Origin: Sphingomonadales bacterium
GTDB lineage: Bacteria; Pseudomonadota; Alphaproteobacteria; Sphingomonadales; Sphingomonadaceae
Direction of reading: 5' to 3'
Length of the DNA stretch: 64,000 nucleotides
NCBI GenBank assembly: GCA_038204585.1
Contig: JBBRCT010000007.1
Coordinates: 29,592 to 93,591 of the forward strand
Both the position numbers and the translations under genes were made by a program. Shown piece after piece: positions 1 through 8,993 of this stretch (its first letter is position 1; each line of letters starts with the position of its first letter). Below the pieces are notes generated by a model. It saw only the letters and a program-made list of their open reading frames with translations. It was not told where the DNA came from and did not search any database.

Positions 1-644
1 TGGCATCTGCTGCTGCACCGCTGGTGACCAATGAAAGCACCAGCCGCGCTTGGGAAATTGGCAAGGATGTGCGGGTGACGCGCGGAGGGGCGCCACGATT
101 GCTTCGACTGTCTGTGGCGGTGGTGATCGACCGCGCGGCGCTGGCACGCGACGGCAAGGTGCCGCCGGGTGAAATCGAAAGTCTGAAGCGGATTATCGAA
201 GGGGCAGTGGGGCAGGACGCACGGCGTGGTGACCGGGTTGAGGTTGTGCTGCGTGATTTTGCGGCACCCGCTGCTGCGCCCGAATTGTCATGGTTCGAAA
301 AGCCGGTGGTGAGAGATTATGCACCGATGGGGCTGGTGGCGCTGTTGGTGGTTGTTGGCGGTGTGTTTTCACTGATGCGGTGGCGTCGGGCTGGGGTGCA
401 ACGCAAGGCGATGGAGGCTGAAGCACTTCGGGCGGCGATTGCGCCGCTGGATGGCGGGACTTTGACGCCTGATGCGGCCCGGGCTCATGGGCTGCCGCCG
501 CTGCTCGACTATAGCGGCAAATTGGGGGCGACGCGTGAACTGGTGACGGGAGACACTGACCGGGCAACCGCTGTCGCACGGATGATGCTGGCCGATGATA
601 GTGCCGACGTACAGGGCGTGTCGCATGCGGATATGGCGGAATGA
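1..644 (+). CDS. fliF: Flagellar MS-ring protein FliF, C-terminal part (5' truncated by the window edge)
   Basis: Frame open from nt 3. RLSVAVVID...AVGQDARRGDRVEV motif followed by a TM helix; directly upstream of fliG with an ATGA overlap. Confidence 0.88.
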   Translation, partial: ASAAAPLVTNESTSRAWEIGKDVRVTRGGAPRLLRLSVAVVIDRAALARDGKVPPGEIESLKRIIEGAVGQDARRGDRVEVVLRDFAAPAAAPELSWFEKPVVRDYAPMGLVALLVVVGGVFSLMRWRRAGVQRKAMEAEALRAAIAPLDGGTLTPDAARAHGLPPLLDYSGKLGATRELVTGDTDRATAVARMMLADDSADVQGVSHADMAE

Positions 645-1681
645 GTGCTGCTGCCATGCTGAACGGCTATGATGAACGTATTGCCGGGCCAGTTTCTGGG
701 CCGCTGACGGGCGCACAGAAATGTGCGATTCTTGTGCTGCTGCTGGAAGAAGCGCAGGCGGCGGAACTGCTGCGGCGGCTCAATGCGGCGGAAGTTCGCG
801 CTGTTGGTGAAGCGATGCTGACTGTGGCCGAGATTGCGCCGGCGATGGTCGATGCTGTGCTTGATGAATTTCTGGCGCGGACGCGCGGTGTTGAGGCGCT
901 TGACGCGCAGGGGCGTGAAGCGCGGGCGCGTCTTAATCTGGCGCTTGGTAGCCCGCGCGCTGAGCGTGTGATCGAGGAGATCGGGCCGCCTGCAGCTGTG
1001 AAGCGCATGGCGGGGCTGGACTGGATCGACGCCTCCGGCGTGGCGGGACTGTTGAATGACGAACATCCGCAAGCCGTGGCGGTGGTGCTGGCGCATCTGG
1101 AGGCGGCGCGGGCGGCGGCTGTTCTCGATGGATTGCCTGAGGAAATGCAAGCTGATGTGGTGCTTCGGCTGGCGACGCTGGGTCCGGTGGCGCCCGACGA
1201 GGTGACGGCGCTGGAGGCTGATCTGGAAGCCAAACTGATGCTGCGCGCTAAGACGCAAGGGGCTGTGAGGCTGGCGGGTGCTGCGTTTACGGCCCGGCTT
1301 GTCAATCTTTCGAGCCGTCAGGCAGCGCTGATTGCAGCCCTTGCCGGGGTTGATCCCGGACTGGCCGGATCGATTGCGGAATCCAGCTTTGCCTTTGGTG
1401 ACTTGGCGAAGCTGGCTCCACGTGAGCTGCAATCGGTGCTTCGTGAAGTGGATCAGGGCGTTCTTGTTCTGGCGCTCAAGGGTGCTGCGGTGAGCCTGCG
1501 GGAGCTGGTCTTTGCAGCCATGTCGAGCCGGGCGGCGGACCAGCTCCGCGACGAACTGGCGGCTATGGGTCCGACGAAGAAGGCCGAAGTGACTGCGGCG
1601 CAGGCCGATGTTTGCGCGCTGGTGCGGCGGATGGCCGATGCAGGCACGGTGATGATGCCAGGAGCAAGCGGATATGTCTGA
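641..1681 (+). CDS. fliG: Flagellar motor switch protein FliG
   Basis: GAQKCAILV N-terminus, EHPQ motif, ALKGA and MSSRAA...RDE torque helix. Confidence 0.93.
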   Translation: MSAAAMLNGYDERIAGPVSGPLTGAQKCAILVLLLEEAQAAELLRRLNAAEVRAVGEAMLTVAEIAPAMVDAVLDEFLARTRGVEALDAQGREARARLNLALGSPRAERVIEEIGPPAAVKRMAGLDWIDASGVAGLLNDEHPQAVAVVLAHLEAARAAAVLDGLPEEMQADVVLRLATLGPVAPDEVTALEADLEAKLMLRAKTQGAVRLAGAAFTARLVNLSSRQAALIAALAGVDPGLAGSIAESSFAFGDLAKLAPRELQSVLREVDQGVLVLALKGAAVSLRELVFAAMSSRAADQLRDELAAMGPTKKAEVTAAQADVCALVRRMADAGTVMMPGASGYV

Positions 1682-2267
1682 GTCCGATTTGCAGGGCACC
1701 AATGGGCTGTCGGTGCTGCTGAACTGGCTGCAGCCGGCTGCGACCGCGCCGTCACCGCTGGCGGCGGCGCGCGATGCCGAGGCGGACCTAGTGGATACAA
1801 TAGCGCAGGAGCGGGCGGCGGCGTTCGAGGCCGGGGTGACGGCTGGACGGGTGGCGGCTGAGGCCGAGCTGGCGCCGATAGTCGCCGCACTTCGCGGTGC
1901 GGAGGGGGCGTTGCAGGCAGCCTGTGTTATTGATGTCGGGGCTGTGCAGTCGGTTCTGACGGGGCTGGTGCGGGCTGTTGTTGAGCGGGTGTTACTGGCG
2001 GAACTGCGCGTCGGGGACAGCGTGTTGGATGCTTTGGTTCTAGCGGCGCTGGCAGAGGTGCAGCCTGACGAGGCCCCGGTGCTTCGTGTTCATCCTGATG
2101 CGCTTGCCCTTATCGAGCAGATTTCTGGGCGGGAAGTGTTGGCCGGGCTGACTATCGTGATTGATGCAGGGATGCCGCGCGATGGTTTTGCGGTGGAGGG
2201 ACCGGAATTTGTCATATCGGCGGGGCTGATGGCGCGACTGGATTGCGTGATGGCGGAACTGTCATGA
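1674..2267 (+). CDS. fliH: Flagellar assembly protein FliH (short form)
   Basis: AxxxGxxxG repeat, LRVHPD motif, position between fliG and fliI. Confidence 0.78.
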   Translation: MSESDLQGTNGLSVLLNWLQPAATAPSPLAAARDAEADLVDTIAQERAAAFEAGVTAGRVAAEAELAPIVAALRGAEGALQAACVIDVGAVQSVLTGLVRAVVERVLLAELRVGDSVLDALVLAALAEVQPDEAPVLRVHPDALALIEQISGREVLAGLTIVIDAGMPRDGFAVEGPEFVISAGLMARLDCVMAELS

Positions 2268-3583
2268 CGGTGACTGAGGCCCTGATGGCGGCGGTGGCAG
2301 GGCGTGTGGTGGCCGATTTGCCGGTGCGGCGCGGTGGCCGGGTGACGGCGTTTGACGGGACGACGCTGGAAGCTGTGGGGTTAGATGCTGTGGTCGGCGG
2401 GCAGGCGCAGGTTGGGCCGGCCGGCCAAGCGGCAGAGATTATCGGGTTTCGCGATGGGCGGGCGTTGTTGATGGGCCTTTCTCCGTTGGCTGGGGTAATG
2501 CCTGGCGTGATGGTGGTGGGGGCTGGCGGGCCGGCTGATGTTGCTGTTGGGGATGGGTTGCTGGGGCGGGTGATCGATGGTCTGGGGCGGCCGATGGATG
2601 GGCTTGGGCCAGTGCGGTGCGATGCGCGGCGGGCGCTGGTTGGGGAGGCCTTGGCGCCGGCTTCGCGGACGCGGGTAAAGCTGCCGTTGGCCACAGGCGT
2701 GCGGGCGATCGACGGCTTGCTGACCCTTGGGCGCGGGCAGCGGGTGGGGATCATGGCCGGGACAGGCGTGGGCAAATCGGTTTTGCTTGGGCAAATTGCG
2801 CGCTGGGCAGTAGCCGATGTGGTGATTGTGGCGCTGATTGGCGAACGCGGCCGTGAGATCACCGACTTTATTGAAACCGAGCTTTCAGGGGCGGCGCGGG
2901 CGCGGACTGTGACTGTTGCTGTGCCGGCGGGGGAGCCACCGCTTCTGCGGGTGAGGGGGGCTGAGCGGGCTTTTGCCATTGCCGAGCATTTTCGTGATCA
3001 GGGGGCTCATGTGCTGCTGATCCTCGATAGCCTGAGCCGGGTTGTGCATGGTGCCCGCGAAGTGGCGCTGGCGCGGGGCGAGAACGCTGGGGGCCGGGGC
3101 TATCCGCCGTCCGCGATGGCGTTGATTGCTGCCTTGGCTGAACGGGCGGGGGGTGCGCGCGCCTCTGGTGGTGTGATCTCGGCGATCATGACGGTATTGC
3201 AGGAAGCCGATGATGGTGGCGACGCTGTTGTGGACGCGGCGCGGGGCGTGCTCGATGGCCATATTCTGCTCAGCAGGAAGCTGGCGGGGCGCGGGAGCTT
3301 TCCGGCGATTGATCTGAGTGCTTCGGCAAGCCGCGTGATGAGCGATGTAGTGGGTGCGGCACATGTCGCGGCAGCGGCCAAGTTTCGGCGGATGAACGCG
3401 CTGATTGAGGACAACCGCGATCTTGTTTTGATGGGCGCCTATGCACCGGGGAGCGATCCTGAGCTTGATATTGCTCTGGCGTTAGCGCCCCGGCTGGAGG
3501 CTTTTCGTTGTCAGGCGCGAGATGCCCGTGCGGCCTGGAGCGACACTGAAGCTGGTCTTATGACGCTTGCGGGGCTGGCATGA
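2264..3583 (+). CDS. fliI: Flagellar export ATPase FliI
   Basis: TGVRAID, Walker A AGTGVGKS, GERGRE, GYPPS, LDGHILLSR. ATG at 2264 overlaps the fliH stop. Confidence 0.93.
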   Translation: MTVTEALMAAVAGRVVADLPVRRGGRVTAFDGTTLEAVGLDAVVGGQAQVGPAGQAAEIIGFRDGRALLMGLSPLAGVMPGVMVVGAGGPADVAVGDGLLGRVIDGLGRPMDGLGPVRCDARRALVGEALAPASRTRVKLPLATGVRAIDGLLTLGRGQRVGIMAGTGVGKSVLLGQIARWAVADVVIVALIGERGREITDFIETELSGAARARTVTVAVPAGEPPLLRVRGAERAFAIAEHFRDQGAHVLLILDSLSRVVHGAREVALARGENAGGRGYPPSAMALIAALAERAGGARASGGVISAIMTVLQEADDGGDAVVDAARGVLDGHILLSRKLAGRGSFPAIDLSASASRVMSDVVGAAHVAAAAKFRRMNALIEDNRDLVLMGAYAPGSDPELDIALALAPRLEAFRCQARDARAAWSDTEAGLMTLAGLA

Positions 3584-3960
3584 GCGGGGCCTTTCGCTCG
3601 AAGCGTGATGTGAAGGCGCTCGACCGGCTTGTGCAGGTTCGGCGGGTGCGTGTGCTGGCGGCAGCGGCAGCGCTTGGCCGTGTGCAGGCGCGGCAGCTTA
3701 ATGAAAAGGGGCTCTTGGCGCGCGTGCGCACGCTGCTGGCGCAAGGCGGGACGCAGACCGGGCCTGTGCAGGCGGCTGAACTGAAGGCGCGGCTGGCGAG
3801 CGATGCGATGCTGGCGCGGCTTGCCGAGGATGTGAGCCGGCGGCTGGGCGGAACGGATGCCGAGCGGGCGCGGCTGGGCGAAGCGCTGGGGCGCGCACGG
3901 GCGGCGGTGGATGCCGCAGTGGAACGGCGGGCGGAGCGCGAGAGCGGGGACGGGCTATGA
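3580..3960 (+). CDS. FliJ-like coiled-coil protein
   Basis: 126-aa helical Ala/Arg-rich protein with ATGA overlaps on both sides, in the fliJ position. Call is positional. Confidence 0.5.
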   Translation: MSGAFRSKRDVKALDRLVQVRRVRVLAAAAALGRVQARQLNEKGLLARVRTLLAQGGTQTGPVQAAELKARLASDAMLARLAEDVSRRLGGTDAERARLGEALGRARAAVDAAVERRAERESGDGL

Positions 3961-5444
3961 CTGTGCTGGCAGGTCTTTTGGAGGGCGGCGCTGTGCTGCC
4001 ATCGGCGTCTTCTGCGGCGTTGGGGCCTGCTGTAGAGTCTGGCCAAGGCATTTTTGGGGCCATGCTGTCGGGCGCTGCGACTGTGGAAGAAGGGCTTTGC
4101 TTGCTGCGGTTTGATGTGGACAGCGACAGTCCCGACGCGATCGAATTGAACCAGGATGAAGCGCCTGAGGCTGTTCTGGCGACACTGACTGTGCCGGACA
4201 CCGGGCCGACAGCGCGGCTGGCGGTGCTTGCGGCCTGGCATCGTATGGTGCCGTTGACGGCGGAAAATGATGCTGCACGTGAGACAGACGAAGCAAGCAT
4301 CGCTTCATTTGATCCGGTTGCGACTGAAATGCGCCCCGCGGAGCTTTGGCCCGAGGTTCGTTCACAGGATGTGTTCGTGCCGGTGGTGCCGATGCTGAAG
4401 CAAGCGAGCATGCCAACGGTACTGGCGGATAGTCCTTTGCCGGTTGTATCCAGTGGACCGGGTGTTGAGCCGGCGTTGCCTCAGGTGCGGATTTTGGGGC
4501 CGGAGCAAGCTTTTGGGACTGACGTGCGGACTGCTCCGGTTGCTGTGGCGGCGGCGGACCGGAAGCCCGGCATTGTGGGACTAGCCCCGACGCTGGCCCC
4601 GACGCTGGCCCCGATGGTGGCGCCGATGGTGGCTATGTTGGGGTCGCAGGCACTGCCACTGACGGCGGATGACGTCGGTTCGGGGGTGTTGGCGCCGGTG
4701 TTGGTGACGGTGGATGGCGACCTGCCGAGCGTGTCTGAAGGGCAGCGGATGGTTGCGCAGCAGCCGGTGCTTCCAGCTATTTTGCAGGGGTCCGGTATCG
4801 CTGGGGCTGAGAAACGCGGTGAATTTGAGCGGTCTTTTGCAGTGCTTGGGCAAAAATCTGATGTGGCGGACACGGTGTCTGAGCCGGTTGCGGTGGGGGT
4901 GCCCAGTGGTTTGACAGGTCCAGCGTCAGGGTTCGGCGTGAATTTCGGGGGTTTGGGTGGCCGAGTGGGGGTGGTTTCACCGCAACATTCGGCAGGTTTG
5001 GCAGCGACGGTGGCGCCGGTGCGCATTGCCGTGGACGGGCCGGGCGAGGCTTTGAGGGTTTCCCTGGCGGCACCAGAGGCTGCTGTGGCGGCGCTTGAGG
5101 GCGGGCGCGGTGAATTGGCAGCGGCGCTGCGGGCGCAGGGGATGCGGCTGGAGTCTTTGGCTGTGCGGCCGGCTGGGGATGATGGTGGGGCAGTTTCGGG
5201 GGTGGCCTCTGTAGCTTCGGTTGGGGTGTCTTTGGGGGCTGATCTGTCTCGGGACGTTGGGCGTGAGGCCGGGGATGCTGATCCGCGTCGAGGCGATGGC
5301 CAGCAAAGTGGCGCGCGCGATGATGGCCGGGCGTCGCGGCAGGGCAGTTTTATGGGCGGCAATGCTGCAGCGCGGAGTGCGGCTGTCGTTGATGAGGGTG
5401 AGCGAGTTGTTTTTGAGCGGGCGGTCGTTGACCGCTTCGCATGA
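3957..5444 (+). CDS. fliK: FliK-like hook-length control protein
   Basis: Low-complexity Ala/Val/Pro N-region; C-terminal LRVSLAA...ELAAALRAQGMRLESLAV resembles the T3S4 domain; lies just before fliL. Confidence 0.62.
   Translation: MTVLAGLLEGGAVLPSASSAALGPAVESGQGIFGAMLSGAATVEEGLCLLRFDVDSDSPDAIELNQDEAPEAVLATLTVPDTGPTARLAVLAAWHRMVPLTAENDAARETDEASIASFDPVATEMRPAELWPEVRSQDVFVPVVPMLKQASMPTVLADSPLPVVSSGPGVEPALPQVRILGPEQAFGTDVRTAPVAVAAADRKPGIVGLAPTLAPTLAPMVAPMVAMLGSQALPLTADDVGSGVLAPVLVTVDGDLPSVSEGQRMVAQQPVLPAILQGSGIAGAEKRGEFERSFAVLGQKSDVADTVSEPVAVGVPSGLTGPASGFGVNFGGLGGRVGVVSPQHSAGLAATVAPVRIAVDGPGEALRVSLAAPEAAVAALEGGRGELAAALRAQGMRLESLAVRPAGDDGGAVSGVASVASVGVSLGADLSRDVGREAGDADPRRGDGQQSGARDDGRASRQGSFMGGNAAARSAAVVDEGERVVFERAVVDRFA
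4581..4634 (+). repeat. In-frame 12-nt tandem repeat (about 4.5 copies; LAPT-LAPT-LAPM-VAPM-VA) in fliK
   Basis: ctagccccgacg ctggccccgacg ctggccccgatg gtggcgccgatg gtggct. Confidence 0.85.
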
Positions 5445-5459
5445 TGTTTGGAGCCAGTG

Positions 5460-6002
5460 ATGCCGGATGCTGTTGACCTGAATATTGCTGATACCAAGGG
5501 CAAAAAAACCAAGAAGCAGGGGGGCGGCATGGGCCGCATGCTGGTGCTGGCGCTGGCCTTTGTGCTGGCGGCGGGGGCTGCCGGGCTGGGGGCGGCAGTG
5601 GGTATTATAAGGTTTGGTGGTGATTTTTTGCCGGGAATTGGCGCTGGTCATGAGGCACCGGCTGCGGCTGCGGCGAAGGTGGCTGGGCCGGTGACCTATG
5701 CTGGGATTGAGACGGCGTTTACCTCCAATCTTGTCGATACCGGCAGGTATTTGCAGGTGAAGATTTCGGTGGGCACGACGGCGGGTGAGGCGGTGACGGC
5801 GGCGATGAAAACGCATGAGCCGGCGGTGATCTCTGCGGTTCTTGCGGTGCTGGGCGAGGCGAGCGAAATCGATGTCGGATCGCGCCAGGCCAAGGCGGCG
5901 CTGGCGGTCCGGGTGCGCGATGCGATCAACCTTGTGCTGCGCGAGCGCGGCGTGGCGGGCGCTGTGGACGAAGTGTATTTCACTTCGTTGGTGGTGCAAT
6001 GA
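5460..6002 (+). CDS. fliL: Flagellar basal body-associated protein FliL
   Basis: Basic KKTKK then TM helix; FTSNL, RYLQV and terminal VYFTSLVVQ. Start may instead be 5448. Confidence 0.9.
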   Translation: MPDAVDLNIADTKGKKTKKQGGGMGRMLVLALAFVLAAGAAGLGAAVGIIRFGGDFLPGIGAGHEAPAAAAAKVAGPVTYAGIETAFTSNLVDTGRYLQVKISVGTTAGEAVTAAMKTHEPAVISAVLAVLGEASEIDVGSRQAKAALAVRVRDAINLVLRERGVAGAVDEVYFTSLVVQ

Positions 6003-6727
6003 GCGAGCTTCGGATCAGATCCGAGGCGGCGGCGACTCTCTGGCCGGAGAGCTGGTTGCCACGGGCGGGGGGGGGTGGCAGCGTTGGCGACACCGGGCCG
6101 CTGCTGATGGCGATTGCGGCAGCCCTTTCGGGGTTGTTCGGGCGGCCAGTTCAGGTGCTCCCAGCGAGTGATGAAGAAGCGGATGAGCTGGCTGATGGCG
6201 GGGGTGCGCGACTGGCGGCATTGCTGCTTTCGATGCGTCTGGGCGGGAAGGCCAGTGATCTGGCACCCGGGACAAGGGTGAGTGGTGCAGCCTGGGCACG
6301 GTACAGGGCGGCGCTGAGCGAGGTTGCGATGACGGCGGGGCGCTGGCCAGCCGGGGTGGAGCGGCTGGTTCTGTTGGTGACGGTGCCCGATGCCGGCGGC
6401 GGGGTGGAAGACCTTTTGGAGTTGCTTGCGCCTGTGGCGAAGGCTTTTTCAGCGCCCGTGGTGTGTGGGCCGGATCCGGTTCTTGAGGCGTCGCTGGCGG
6501 CGGTGCCGATACGGCTTCGGGTCGAACTTGCGGCCGAGGTCATTTCATTGGCGGCGTTGCTGCCGCTGAAAATCGGACAGGTGCTGGCGATTCAGCCGGT
6601 GCCCGAGATGCGGCTACGGATGGGTGACCACGCGATTGGCCGGGTGATGCTGCAGGCGGCTGCCGATGGGCGGCAGACGATGACGCTGGCTGCGATAGAC
6701 ATGGAAAAACTGGGAGAACGGACATGA
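5999..6727 (+). CDS. fliM: Reduced FliM-like switch protein (C-terminal SpoA domain)
   Basis: LRVELAAEVISLAALLPLKIGQVL SpoA-like C-terminus; lies between fliL and fliN. Confidence 0.65.
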   Translation: MSELRIRSEAAATLWPESWLPRAGGGGSVGDTGPLLMAIAAALSGLFGRPVQVLPASDEEADELADGGGARLAALLLSMRLGGKASDLAPGTRVSGAAWARYRAALSEVAMTAGRWPAGVERLVLLVTVPDAGGGVEDLLELLAPVAKAFSAPVVCGPDPVLEASLAAVPIRLRVELAAEVISLAALLPLKIGQVLAIQPVPEMRLRMGDHAIGRVMLQAAADGRQTMTLAAIDMEKLGERT

Positions 6728-7050
6728 ATGCTTTTAATCCTGACGCTTTCAATCCCGATGGTTTGAATCGGGGAGAGCTTAATCCGGATACTATCGAGGG
6801 GCTGGGGCTGAACCTTGGTGCCTTTGGCGGCATTGCCGTGCGGCTGTCGGTCGAAGTCGGGGCGGTGCGACTGCCGCTCAAGGATGTGCTTGGGCTGCAG
6901 GTGGGTGCTGTTCATGCGCTCGATCGGCGCGTCGACCAGCCTGTGGATGTGTTGATCAATGATCGTTTGATCGCGCGGGGCGAGATTGTTTCGATCGGTG
7001 AACGCTTTGGTGTGAAGCTGACCGAGATCGTGCCCGGCGGTGCGGGATGA
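6724..7050 (+). CDS. fliN: Flagellar motor switch protein FliN
   Basis: LSVEVG...PVDVLINDRLIARGEIV...FGVKLTEI. Confidence 0.93.
   Translation: MNAFNPDAFNPDGLNRGELNPDTIEGLGLNLGAFGGIAVRLSVEVGAVRLPLKDVLGLQVGAVHALDRRVDQPVDVLINDRLIARGEIVSIGERFGVKLTEIVPGGAG
6730..6789 (+). repeat. Degenerate 15-nt tandem repeat x4 at the fliN 5' end (AFNPD-AFNPD-GLNRG-ELNPD)
   Basis: gcttttaatcctgac gctttcaatcccgat ggtttgaatcgggga gagcttaatccggat. Confidence 0.75.
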
Positions 7051-7265
7051 TGGCTTTTGGGGGGCGCTTCGACTGGCTGAAGGGTGTGGTGAGGGCGTCT
7101 GAGGCGCGGCGGCACGCGAAGGTGGTGCAGGTCGTGCCTTTGGGACCGGGAAGCCGCTTGCTGGTGGTCGATTTTGGCGGGCGGCGGCTGCTGCTCGGGC
7201 AGGGACGCGGCACGTTGGTGCGGCTGGAATCGGCGGAGAACGATAGTTTTGGCGGTGTGGCGTGA
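7047..7265 (+). CDS. fliO: Minimal FliO-like protein
   Basis: VVQVVPLGPGSRLLVVDFGGRRLLLG matches the FliO beta motif; between fliN and fliP; only 72 aa. Confidence 0.7.
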   Translation: MMAFGGRFDWLKGVVRASEARRHAKVVQVVPLGPGSRLLVVDFGGRRLLLGQGRGTLVRLESAENDSFGGVA

Positions 7266-7975
7266 TGCTGCTGCCGATGCTTGTGCAGGCGGTCCCCGCA
7301 CTTCCGGCACTGCCGGGGGGCGTGGCATCTGCGGTGCCGAGCCTGAGCTCGGCATTGCAGATTCTGCTGGTGATGTCGGCGTTGACGCTGCTGCCGGCCG
7401 CGTTGCTGATGATGACGTGCTTTACGCGGATCGTCATTGTGTTGACGATTTTGCGGCAGGCGCTGGGGCTGGGGCAGAGCCCGCCGAACCAGCTGCTGGT
7501 GGGGATTGCGCTGCTGATGACGGTGTTTGTGATGCGGCCCGGGTTGGAGCGCATTTATGATGGGGCGTATGTGCCGCTGATGGCGGGGAGCATTCCGGCG
7601 GAGGTAGCGCTGGGGCGGGCTGGGGATGAGCTGAAGGGCTTCATGCTGGGCCAGACGCGTGAGGCGGACCTGCGGAAATTTGCCGAGATTGCGCGCGCCG
7701 GGCCTTTCGCCGAGCCGAAGGATGTGCCGCTGCCGGTGGTTCTGCCGGCATTTGTGGCGAGCGAATTGAAGACGGCGTTGCAGATCGGGTTTGTGATTTA
7801 TCTGCCGTTTCTGGTGATTGATCTCATCGTGTCTTCCATTTTGATGTCGATGGGGATGATGATGGTGTCGCCGGCGACGGTTTCATTGCCGGTGAAGCTG
7901 GCGCTTTTTGTGATGGTCGATGGCTGGTCGCTGGTGCTTGGTGCTTTGGCCAAAAGCTTTGGCGGCGGCGGATGA
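7262..7975 (+). CDS. fliP: Flagellar export gate protein FliP
   Basis: FTRIVIVL...LRQALG...PPNQ, PAFVASELKTA, PFLVIDL, MGMMMVSP, DGW. Confidence 0.96.
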   Translation: MMLLPMLVQAVPALPALPGGVASAVPSLSSALQILLVMSALTLLPAALLMMTCFTRIVIVLTILRQALGLGQSPPNQLLVGIALLMTVFVMRPGLERIYDGAYVPLMAGSIPAEVALGRAGDELKGFMLGQTREADLRKFAEIARAGPFAEPKDVPLPVVLPAFVASELKTALQIGFVIYLPFLVIDLIVSSILMSMGMMMVSPATVSLPVKLALFVMVDGWSLVLGALAKSFGGGG

Positions 7976-8274
7976 TATTTCTGGTGCAGCTTGCGGGCGA
8001 TATGCCCGATGACCGGATGATGGCCGCGCTGACGCGCGATGCGGTGCAGCTGTTTGCGACATCGGCGGCGACCTTTCTGGTGCCGGTGCTGGTGGTCGCG
8101 GTGGTGGTGGGGCTGGTGCAGACGATCCTTTCGATCTCCGAGCAGAGCCTGTCGTTTCTTCCCAAGCTGTTGACGCTGGTGGCGGTGATGGCGGTGGCGG
8201 GCGAGAGCGTGATGCGCGGGCTGGCCGGGTTTCTGGAAACTGGGCTGATCGATATGGTCGGTGCCATTCGGTGA
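7972..8274 (+). CDS. fliQ: Flagellar export protein FliQ
   Basis: GLVQTILSISEQSLSFLPKL motif. True start may be 8002 or later. Confidence 0.88.
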   Translation: MIFLVQLAGDMPDDRMMAALTRDAVQLFATSAATFLVPVLVVAVVVGLVQTILSISEQSLSFLPKLLTLVAVMAVAGESVMRGLAGFLETGLIDMVGAIR

Positions 8275-8993
8275 ATGAGTTTGATGGCCTGCAGGCGATG
8301 ATTTCTTTCACGCTGGCCGGGGTTCGGCCGATGGTGATGATGGCGCTGCTGCCGCCGATTGCCGGGGCGGCGCTGCCCTGGGCAGCGCGGCTTGCAGTTG
8401 TGGTATCGATCGCGATTTTTACGGCCTTTGGACCCAACGCAATGGCAATGGATGCGAGCATGCTGGGGGGCGAAGTGCTGGCGGGTTTGCTGGCCGGATT
8501 GGCGCTCGCGGCGGCGTTTGCGGGCGCGGTGATGGCGGGTGAAGTGGCGGCGAGTATTATCGGGCTGGGGTTTGCCAGCTTTGCGACGGCGGTCGGTAAT
8601 GTCTCGGTGCTGGGGAACTTCTATTCGGCGGTGATGGCGGTGGCCTGGCTTTCAACCGATGGTCATTTGAGATTGTTTGAGGGGATGGTTGCCGGCGGCG
8701 TGCTGCTGCCAGCGGGGGGTGTGGCGCTCGACGCGCTGACAATGGGAACGGTTGCGGGCTATGGCGCGGTGATGTTTGAAGGCGCGCTGCGGATGGCACT
8801 GCCGGTGGTCGGGCTGTTGCTGGTCGGCAATTTGCTGGTGGCGCTGGCGGTGCGCGCAGCACCGCAGCTCGGTGCCTTGGCGGTGGGTCCGCCGTTGCTT
8901 CTGCTACTGCTGGTGTGGGCACTGCCGCTGCTGCTTGACGGGCTGGTGATGCGGGCGCGGGTGACGCTTGAAGCGGCGGCGGCGCTGCTATGA
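8271..8993 (+). CDS. fliR: Flagellar export protein FliR
   Basis: Hydrophobic; EVLAGLLAG, MAGE...IGLGFA, DGHL, RAAPQL motifs. Confidence 0.88.
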   Translation: MNEFDGLQAMISFTLAGVRPMVMMALLPPIAGAALPWAARLAVVVSIAIFTAFGPNAMAMDASMLGGEVLAGLLAGLALAAAFAGAVMAGEVAASIIGLGFASFATAVGNVSVLGNFYSAVMAVAWLSTDGHLRLFEGMVAGGVLLPAGGVALDALTMGTVAGYGAVMFEGALRMALPVVGLLLVGNLLVALAVRAAPQLGALAVGPPLLLLLLVWALPLLLDGLVMRARVTLEAAAALL

